The position numbers were made by a program, and so were the translations under genes. A stretch of 64,000 nucleotides of DNA, taken from Xanthobacteraceae bacterium (GTDB lineage Bacteria > Pseudomonadota > Alphaproteobacteria > Rhizobiales > Xanthobacteraceae). Of the stretch, positions 28,086-35,069 are shown piece after piece. A model generated the notes under the pieces. That model did not search any database. It worked only from the letters and a program-made list of their open reading frames with translations, and was not told the origin of the DNA. How positions within the stretch are numbered: position 1 is the stretch's first letter; each line of letters begins with the position of its first letter. The DNA is taken from assembly GCA_035565775.1 (NCBI GenBank), contig DATMRW010000028.1:98856-162855 (forward strand), given 5' to 3'.

Positions 28086-28814
28086 CTAGGCGCCCGGCTT
28101 TCCCCTGCCGATCGTCCAATCACGCTTGCTCCGCACGTCGTAGAATTGCTCTAGGCCTGGATAGGGACGTGCAAGTGCGGATTCATCAGCTGAGTATCTC
28201 GTCACAAATTCGGACCAGCTAAAGTTGATGTCTGGTCCCCGCTGAACAATCAAATGTCCTTCGGCGAGCCGATAATTGTGCGCGATATGCCGGCGAATTT
28301 GGTCACAGATGAGGTTCGCTGCACGTGTCAGCTCAAGCATCAGATCGCTGACGATATCGACATGGAAGTCATACTGGCTCGACAGCCGTTCGTAACGCGG
28401 TGGATCCCATTCCTCGATTTGGTAAAACTTTGCCGTGAAATGCATAGGGCTGCTTGGATGGCGTTCGAGATGGCTTCGAAGGGTTTCGTGGAAATCCTGC
28501 AACACCCGGCTGAAATTGCTGAACGCTCGCTCGAGTTCAGGATAGCGACCCGGCCAAACTCGACTAAGCAGCCAAGACCGCAACTTTTCGAGATCGTCAT
28601 CGATCTCGACCCGAATGTGAGGTTGCCCGGAGCCGAGGACGAAGCTGCTCCAACCTTTCCAATCGTCGAGATGGGCGCGCTGCGCCCATTCGTCGATATA
28701 ATCGCCGTAGATTGTGTCGTCGCGCAGCTTCAAGCGATCAAGCCCAAGTGACTGCTCGACCCATGCCTCATGCGAAGCCTTGAGCTCTTTCAGCTTTCCG
28801 ATGTGGTCTGCCAC
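28086..28814 (-). CDS. Hypothetical protein, 242 aa, mostly helical character; possible HEPN-like RxxxxH motif
   Basis: It is a clean ORF convergent with the TIR-vWA gene, and I recognise no family. The motif RRHIAH lies at aa 174-179 (nt 28278-28295). Confidence 0.55.
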   Translation of the reverse strand: MADHIGKLKELKASHEAWVEQSLGLDRLKLRDDTIYGDYIDEWAQRAHLDDWKGWSSFVLGSGQPHIRVEIDDDLEKLRSWLLSRVWPGRYPELERAFSNFSRVLQDFHETLRSHLERHPSSPMHFTAKFYQIEEWDPPRYERLSSQYDFHVDIVSDLMLELTRAANLICDQIRRHIAHNYRLAEGHLIVQRGPDINFSWSEFVTRYSADESALARPYPGLEQFYDVRSKRDWTIGRGKPGA

Positions 28815-28880
28815 CTCTGAAGTGGTCCTCCCTGAAGTCGGCTATTGAGCCGTAGAGAGGCCGTTGGAATGCCCCAGAAT

Positions 28881-29044
28881 GTTAATCGGCACGGGGGGCG
28901 GATTACTGCAGGTAACGGCACTAACGTGGTAAATGTAATCAAAAAAATCCGGTTCGGGATGGGGTCACGATCGGCGCCGATCGTGACCCCATCCCGGCGC
29001 AAATTTCGTCTCTCATCACAAGGAGTTGCCGCTGCAAGTTAACG
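28881..29044. repeat. Structured intergenic repeat, copy A (40-nt perfect palindrome at 28956-28995)
   Basis: It is about 80% identical by eye to copy B at 41822-41982 and in the same orientation. The core is GGGATGGGGTCACGATCGGCGCCGATCGTGACCCCATCCC. Confidence 0.75.
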
Positions 29045-29276
29045 AAGCTTTATTCAACACTTGCCTACTACACAGCGCTGCACGATGCCGGTTTCTGGTA
29101 CGGTGGGCGGCTGCCGAAGTGGTTACAGATTCCGGTTGGGGCGGCATCACCGCGAACCGGCACGCACGCGTAGCGCGCCCAACGAGCGGAAAGGCTGGAT
29201 GGAGTGAATTCAGTATCTACGGTCAAGAAGCCGACCTTCTTTGGCAGGCAGGCACGTAGCACTCGAAGCCCAACGG

Positions 29277-29298
29277 CGCCCCCTCTGCACAGGGGGCG
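29277..29298 (-). terminator. Hairpin immediately after the response-regulator stop
   Basis: CGCCCCCT-CTGCAC-AGGGGGCG ends 2 nt from the stop at 29300. No clear U-tract follows. Confidence 0.3.
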
Positions 29299-29299
29299 A

Positions 29300-30379
29300 T
29301 CAGTTCTCCAAGGATAGCGGAATCGTTGCCCGTATCAGCAAGGCAACCAGATCGACCTGGCGGTTCGTCTGGGTTTTTTGGAACAGGTTCTGCAAGTGGA
29401 ACGTGATGGTCGTCTGCTTGACGCCGAACTCCTCCCCAATCTCTTCGAGCCGTTTTCCGGCGACCAGAGCCGCGGCCAGTCTGGCTTCCGCCGAGGTGCA
29501 GCCGAACAGGGACGCCAACACCTCGGCCGAGATCTCGGCTTGCTTGTCAGGATCGACCACCAGTGCCATGGCATGACGGGCGTTGCTGCCCGGCAGGCTG
29601 AGCGAAGAGAGTTGCAGAACGAGAGGGTGTCCCTCTTCTCTCTCTACAGCGAAAGTCTGGCTAGTTCCGATATCCCGCATGACCGTCGCGAGCGCCGTTC
29701 TCATGGATCGCGAGGGACTTGCGAAGCGGGCAAGCAGGCCGCCGGAGGTCAGGGAAAGGCCGTCCGCTTTTTCGATCAACTGCCGCCCCGCCTCGTTGGT
29801 CATGCGGACTTCGCCCGTCTCCTCGAGCAGGAAGATGCCGATCGACAGCCGGTCCAGCGCGGCCGCCAGGGCCGCCAACGTGATCTCGCCGTCTCGCACG
29901 GCCTGTTCGATCATGCGTTGCTGTTCAAGCTGAAGATCGGCAAGGATTGACTGACGAACCCGATCGACAAGTCGCAGCCGCGATTTGATGGTCGCCAGCA
30001 GATCGTCGTAATCGACTGGCTTGACCAGATAGTCGTCGGCTCCGGCATTCTTGCCGTTCAGCATCTCGGCCCTGTCGGCCAGCGCCGTCAGAAAAATGAA
30101 GGGCACCTCAGCGAGCTCAGGCCTGTCGGCCCTGAGCTTCGCCATCAACTCGTACCCACCGAGCTCGGGCATGGTGATATCACACAGTATCGCGTCTGGA
30201 CGTGCCGCGGTCAGCTTGAGAAGGGCCTCCTGTCCGTTGCTCGCCTCGACAACGTGGTAGCCGGCCGAAACGAGTTCCTCCACGATGTCGGAGCGGAGAT
30301 CAGCTTCGTCCTCGACGCAGAGAATCGTTCTCTGCCGGTGGAAATCCTGATCCACTACCGCCAAACGATCCGCCTTCAT
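29300..30379 (-). CDS. Response regulator, receiver + middle domain + LuxR-type HTH
   Basis: The receiver is ILCVEDEADL...AILCDITMPELGG...LVKPV. The C-terminal HTH is SAEARLAAALVAGKRLEEIGEEFGVKQTTITFHLQNLFQKT. It overlaps the kinase gene stop. Confidence 0.85.
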   Translation of the reverse strand: MKADRLAVVDQDFHRQRTILCVEDEADLRSDIVEELVSAGYHVVEASNGQEALLKLTAARPDAILCDITMPELGGYELMAKLRADRPELAEVPFIFLTALADRAEMLNGKNAGADDYLVKPVDYDDLLATIKSRLRLVDRVRQSILADLQLEQQRMIEQAVRDGEITLAALAAALDRLSIGIFLLEETGEVRMTNEAGRQLIEKADGLSLTSGGLLARFASPSRSMRTALATVMRDIGTSQTFAVEREEGHPLVLQLSSLSLPGSNARHAMALVVDPDKQAEISAEVLASLFGCTSAEARLAAALVAGKRLEEIGEEFGVKQTTITFHLQNLFQKTQTNRQVDLVALLIRATIPLSLEN

Positions 30380-32157
30380 GCTGCCAACGCTTCCTCTTTC
30401 GGAATTCTGAGAACAAAAGTCGAGCCGCCGCCATTCCGCGGAAGGGCATCCACATCGCCGCCGTGCATTCGGGCGATGGTGCGCGCTACATGTAAACCAA
30501 TGCCGGTTCCTTCGACGCCGATCGCGGCTTTGGCACGAAAGAACCGTTCAAACAATTTGTCGCGCTCACCTTTGGAGAAGCCGATGCCGCGGTCGCTGAC
30601 CTTGATGTGAAGCCATCGGTCGTCCACTGCGACCATGACATCGATCGGATCGGGCGGAGACGAATACTTGACCGCATTGGAAAGAAGATTGGCGACCACC
30701 TGGTCGATCAGAAGCGGGTCGCATGACACCGAGCCCGGCAGTTGATCGAGCTCCATGGTGAACCGCCGGTTGGGCGTTGTTTCCTTCTGGCGTTCGCAGG
30801 CTTCGACGATGAGCTTTCCGAGATCGCAGCGGCGAGGGGCAAAGTCGATTTCCCCAGCGTCGAGCTTGGTGGCGTTGAGCGTGCTGGAAACCAGCCGGGT
30901 CAGACGCAGGGTCGCCGTCCTGATCTTTCCGGCTCGCTCGCGGATCTCCTCCTCGCTCATTTCCTTGCCACGGCGGATCATGCGCTGGGCACTAGAATCG
31001 ACAATGGAGAGCGGGGTCCTGAACTGGTGTGAAACCATCGAGACGAAGCCCTTGTAGAGTTCGCGCAGCCTCGTCTCCCTTTCCAGCGATTCCTCGAGAT
31101 CCCTCGTTCGTTCCTTGACGGTCGCCTCCAATTGATCGCGGTGTTCGACCAGCTGCATCCGGGCAAGATGTGCCTCGGTGACATCGCGAATGAAGAGAAT
31201 GCCGCCGACGATCGCCCTTCCTGACCGGACCGGATGAGTGAATTTCTCTACATAGCGGTCGCTGCCCGGGAGCGGATGGGCGGGCATATGAAGGCTATGT
31301 CCCATCAGCGTGTCGCACATCATGTTCAGGATGACATGATCCTCTGGCAGTCGATAGGCATCCTTGACCAACTGGCCAACGACATCAGAACTACAGGAAG
31401 CTGGAAACATCTCGCCCATCACCGAGTTCCAGTGCGTGCACCGGCCGTCCACATTGAAGGCGATCACCCCGTCGCCACTTGATTGCAGAAGCAGATTCGA
31501 GAAATCCCGGTCCCGCCGTAAAGCGTCTTTGGCGCGGGCGGTGCTGCGCAGGCTGGCCAGCAAACGTCCAACGATGACAATGCCGCAGCCGAGGATAAGG
31601 AAGATCGCGACGATGGCCTCCCACAACACGGACGAATATCGATTTCGCTGCCTGGCGACATTGTCTCGTTCTGCGATTAACACTCGCGTGGCCGCGGCCT
31701 TGAGCTTGCTCGCATCAGCCCGCAAGACCTCCAATCGCGCCTGCGGTATCGCGCTCCTGTGCAAGAGAGCAGCTTGGAGGGCATTATCGAACGCCATGAG
31801 ATTGGAGCGCGCTGTCTCAATAACGGTGGCCTCATTTGCATCCGCCACCGCTGGCCCCAGAGTGCCCTGGGAAACAACGTTCATACGGCTGATCGCCAAA
31901 TCCATCTGGAGATGGAGTTGCTCGGCATCTTCGGTCAGTCTTTCACTGCTGTTCCAGTCATACGCTTTGAGGATCAGGCGCTGTTCTTCATCGTGAGCCT
32001 GATAGAGCGCGTAGAGTAGACTTTCACCGAAGCCGGTGGCGAGTTCAGCCTCTGTTTGAACGAGCCGGTGCAGGGCGAATGTCAGCAGGAGGGCGGATGC
32101 GACCACAGCCCCAATCGTCATGCCCGATATCGTCCGCTTCTTCGCCGTGGAACTCAT
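30376..32157 (-). CDS. Sensor histidine kinase (TM - PAS - HisKA - HATPase)
   Basis: It has the H-box VSMVSHQFRTPLS and G-boxes SDRGIGF and GTGIGLHVA. I placed the start at ATG 32157 (MSSTAKKRT), giving an ATGA overlap with the upstream gene. Confidence 0.85.
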   Translation of the reverse strand: MSSTAKKRTISGMTIGAVVASALLLTFALHRLVQTEAELATGFGESLLYALYQAHDEEQRLILKAYDWNSSERLTEDAEQLHLQMDLAISRMNVVSQGTLGPAVADANEATVIETARSNLMAFDNALQAALLHRSAIPQARLEVLRADASKLKAAATRVLIAERDNVARQRNRYSSVLWEAIVAIFLILGCGIVIVGRLLASLRSTARAKDALRRDRDFSNLLLQSSGDGVIAFNVDGRCTHWNSVMGEMFPASCSSDVVGQLVKDAYRLPEDHVILNMMCDTLMGHSLHMPAHPLPGSDRYVEKFTHPVRSGRAIVGGILFIRDVTEAHLARMQLVEHRDQLEATVKERTRDLEESLERETRLRELYKGFVSMVSHQFRTPLSIVDSSAQRMIRRGKEMSEEEIRERAGKIRTATLRLTRLVSSTLNATKLDAGEIDFAPRRCDLGKLIVEACERQKETTPNRRFTMELDQLPGSVSCDPLLIDQVVANLLSNAVKYSSPPDPIDVMVAVDDRWLHIKVSDRGIGFSKGERDKLFERFFRAKAAIGVEGTGIGLHVARTIARMHGGDVDALPRNGGGSTFVLRIPKEEALAA

Positions 32158-32702
32158 TGAACCTCGATTCTGGTGAGCTGCCAGACCCACCGGGCATCAT
32201 GGTGTTCATCCTGAATTCTTGAATTGGTGTCGCGCGGGTAGACGATCCAGATCGGACCTTTGTCCCGGCGGGTCGAAGGTCTGCCGTCCATGCGCATGGC
32301 AAGCAACGCGCCAAACTCGAGCGCCTCGGAGACAGGCGTGAGGATCTCGTATTCGTTCAGCGCTATCGCCCGAAGCGTTTGCGCGTCATCTACGCCGACG
32401 AAATCGAGAAGGTCTGCGAGGAGGACGCCATCGAAGATCTTCTTCCCATCTGTCCGGGGTGTCGACGTCTCAATGCGGCGTTGAGGCAGGGCGGCAAGCA
32501 TAGCCTCGTCGAAGACTGCTTCATCGGGGTAATTGGCCCTGTCAAGCTTGCCCGTGATCGTAAGGAGTATCGGACCGGTTGGCGTGGCGAGCTGGCTCGC
32601 GGACACCGCTGTAGCAGCAAGAAATATAACCAGTCCAACGGCCGGCCCCCGAGCCGCTTGGTAGAGGCTGTCTTGCGAAAGAAAACGCCGGGATCGTCTC
32701 AT
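32154..32702 (-). CDS. Periplasmic protein of the short molybdopterin-binding-oxidoreductase-fold family
   Basis: The 182-aa product has a signal peptide. Its blocks PILLTITGKL...FDEAML..., ALNEYE..., RDKGPIWIVYP and ARWVWQLTRIEV match the roughly 170-aa family usually annotated as molybdopterin-dependent oxidoreductase. Confidence 0.55.
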   Translation of the reverse strand: MRRSRRFLSQDSLYQAARGPAVGLVIFLAATAVSASQLATPTGPILLTITGKLDRANYPDEAVFDEAMLAALPQRRIETSTPRTDGKKIFDGVLLADLLDFVGVDDAQTLRAIALNEYEILTPVSEALEFGALLAMRMDGRPSTRRDKGPIWIVYPRDTNSRIQDEHHDARWVWQLTRIEVQ

Positions 32703-32909
32703 AGATTTCTGATCTTCTCGAATTTCAATTCTCGGAGGCTACCACCCTTACATTTCTAAACTGAGAAAAATCTGCCGCCCCCCTATGAACGGAGGGGGCG
32801 GGCCTCTGATTATTCGGCCTACATGCGATCCGGCAATTCAATCTCACAGACAAAATGTCCGCTGTGGAGAGAGGCGCGAACCATTTTTGTCCACGATTTG
32901 GGAAAGAAC

Positions 32910-33233
32910 ATGAAACTCATTGTATTAATGAGCGTGATTGCGCTCGCCCTTGCCGGTAACTCGGCGACTGCGGCCCCAGCTGGGGGAAAGTCAACCGTGC
33001 GGGCCGGTCAGCAAAAGTCAGCCGCTAAGAAGAGGGAGGCCTGCGAGGAAGCGATGCGGGCGGAGACCAACGCCGCGATGCTCGGCAGCGCTCTCGGCAT
33101 GGTGGGCAGCCTCGGAGGTTTGGCGGGGCGCGGCGGCGCTTTGGCCGGGCAGATCGCCTCGACCGCCGGCGACATGGTTGCCAGGGAGCAGTCCGCCAGC
33201 GCACGCGCAGGAGTCACGCAGAAATGCTACTGA
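32910..33233 (+). CDS. Small secreted Gly/Ala-rich hypothetical protein (107 aa)
   Basis: ATG 32910 is preceded by GGAAAG. The signal peptide is MKLIVLMSVIALALAGNSATA. Confidence 0.5.
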   Translation: MKLIVLMSVIALALAGNSATAAPAGGKSTVRAGQQKSAAKKREACEEAMRAETNAAMLGSALGMVGSLGGLAGRGGALAGQIASTAGDMVAREQSASARAGVTQKCY

Positions 33234-33739
33234 TCGGCACAAGCAGAGCGCAGAAGTGGCTTTCCTCCATCCTGGCCTCTGCGCTCGTTTTTGGTGGTGC
33301 AATTGTGCCGGCCGCGGCGCTGGGCGCCCTCGAGGTGGAAAAAGTTGTCACCATTCTGGAACGGCTGTCTACGGAGACTGGGAGGACGGTCTTCTACGAC
33401 GAGAGTGCCGCTCAGGAATGGTTCGAAATTGACGGCGAGTCCTCACAGCTCATTCCTGCCGCCGGTTTTTCCAATACGTTGTGGAAGGAAGCCTTCGACC
33501 GGACCATGATGGGCTTCATCGCAACCATCTCGCCAGCCGAAATGGAAAAGATGATGGAAGAGTTTGCAGACGCCATCGGCGAAGTCGCGAAGATGACCCC
33601 GCAGCAGAAGCAGGAAGCGTTGAATGCGCTGCGCGCGGAGACGGGGAAATTCGACGCGGTCCGGAAGCGGGGCGCTCCGTATCGGGACATCGTCAAGCCC
33701 TTCGACCAGCGGCTGAGAAATATTTCACTGCGGAAATAG
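33224..33739 (+). CDS. Hypothetical exported protein (171 aa)
   Basis: It overlaps the previous stop by 10 nt and has an N-terminal hydrophobic segment. I recognise no family. Confidence 0.5.
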   Translation: MLLIGTSRAQKWLSSILASALVFGGAIVPAAALGALEVEKVVTILERLSTETGRTVFYDESAAQEWFEIDGESSQLIPAAGFSNTLWKEAFDRTMMGFIATISPAEMEKMMEEFADAIGEVAKMTPQQKQEALNALRAETGKFDAVRKRGAPYRDIVKPFDQRLRNISLRK

Positions 33740-33766
33740 CGGCGACAATCAGGAGGAGGTGCCTGT

Positions 33767-34009
33767 ATGGCTTTCGAAATTCCGATCTATCGCTTCAAGC
33801 GGGACGTACCGTTTGAAGAGGCCAAGAAGACAGCGCTTCGGCTGAATGACGTTCTGGCCGAAACGCCAGGCTTCCGATCGCGCACGACCTGTTATGACGA
33901 AAAGTCAGACACCTGGATCGATCTCGTCGAGTGGGGAATGATGGAGCATGCGCTCGTCGGGTTTGAAGAATTGGTGAATTCCTCAAAGGTGCATGAGTTC
34001 AGAAAATAG
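33767..34009 (+). CDS. Small hypothetical protein (80 aa), possibly ABM/Dabb-like
   Basis: It is a compact ORF with AGGAGGAGG upstream. Only its size and composition suggest a ferredoxin-like fold. Confidence 0.4.
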   Translation: MAFEIPIYRFKRDVPFEEAKKTALRLNDVLAETPGFRSRTTCYDEKSDTWIDLVEWGMMEHALVGFEELVNSSKVHEFRK

Positions 34010-34021
34010 GAAGTCGCAAAA

Positions 34022-34330
34022 ATGCCGGTTATGATCATTGCGCAGCTCAGATTTCGGGACATCGAAAGGTATCGAAAGTATCAGTCTCAATTCTCGAACG
34101 TCTTCGGGAAGTTTAATGGAAAGTTGCTAGTCGCAGACGAGAAAGTACAGGCAATCGAAGGCAGCGACTGTCCTGACAAAATTGTTGTACTTGAGTTTCC
34201 GGATAGCGAATCCGCCGAGCAGTTTCATAACTCTCTAAAATATCGAGAGATTTCGGAGGATCGTAAAGCCGGAGCTCATGCGCTCGTGGTCCAGGTGAAG
34301 TCGTTTCACAATGGAGGCACGTTTCCTTGA
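34022..34330 (+). CDS. DUF1330 domain protein
   Basis: The 102-aa product has the pattern MIIAQLRFRDIERYRKYQ...VLEFPDSESAEQFHNSLKYRE, typical of DUF1330. Confidence 0.75.
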   Translation: MPVMIIAQLRFRDIERYRKYQSQFSNVFGKFNGKLLVADEKVQAIEGSDCPDKIVVLEFPDSESAEQFHNSLKYREISEDRKAGAHALVVQVKSFHNGGTFP

Positions 34331-34334
34331 GCAA

Positions 34335-34805
34335 CTCGTCGCGCAGGCGGCCGCTGGCTTACAGTGACCTCGTCCTACCCGCGCCCCTGGTTGTCATGGA
34401 CGGTGCTCTTTCGCTGGCGCTGCGTCCCAACACGATGACCGGGGTAAGCCTAGCCTAGATGTGCTCAGCAATGGCCTGGTGCGCGAACGAGCGGCGGTCG
34501 AGTCCTGCCTTGCGCTGGGCGGGACGCGGTCCGGTCGTGCGCGAGGCGCTGCGAAGCGGTTTGATGCCCACGATCAATGGCATGGCGCGATCGGGCTCGT
34601 GTCGTTGCCGGGCATGATGACCGGCCAGATCCTTGCCGGTGTCGAACCGGTGGACGCCGTGAAATATCCACTCATGATCATGTTCCTGATTGCCAGCGGA
34701 ACGGGGCTGGGGACACTGGCTGGCGTCTTGGGACGCGGGCGCTTGCTCACGGATCATCGGCATCGATTGCGTCTCGACCGGATCACTGTCGACATACCGG
34801 GGTAA
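34335..34805 (+). pseudogene. fetB: fetB (YbbM/UPF0014 iron-export ABC permease) C-terminal remnant with frameshifts
   Basis: FetB-like blocks are spread over different frames: RPNTMTGVSL / DVLSNGLVRERAAVESCLALGGT / VVREALRSGLMPTINGMA / IGLVSLPGMMTGQILAGV. A tandem CCTAG duplication at 34449-34458 creates a stop. The N-terminal part and the fetA partner are absent. Confidence 0.65.
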
Positions 34806-35069
34806 GCTAGGCGGTGCTTTGCGCGGCAACTCTCTCCGCACGGATGGGACGCTTAGGAGCGTGCGGTGCACGGAGTTGAGCCAGCCGGACCTCACTAAGG
34901 GGATGCCGAGCGCGCACCTTCGCGAAGGTGGCATGGTCGTTGGCCTCGTTGGCGAGGAAGAGGTACTCCTCGCAGCGTTGCTCCGGCATGACGAGTGGCT
35001 CTCATCCCTCTCGGGGGAAGGGCAGCAGCACGAACTCAAAACCTATTTCACGAACGTGGGGGGCTGAAT

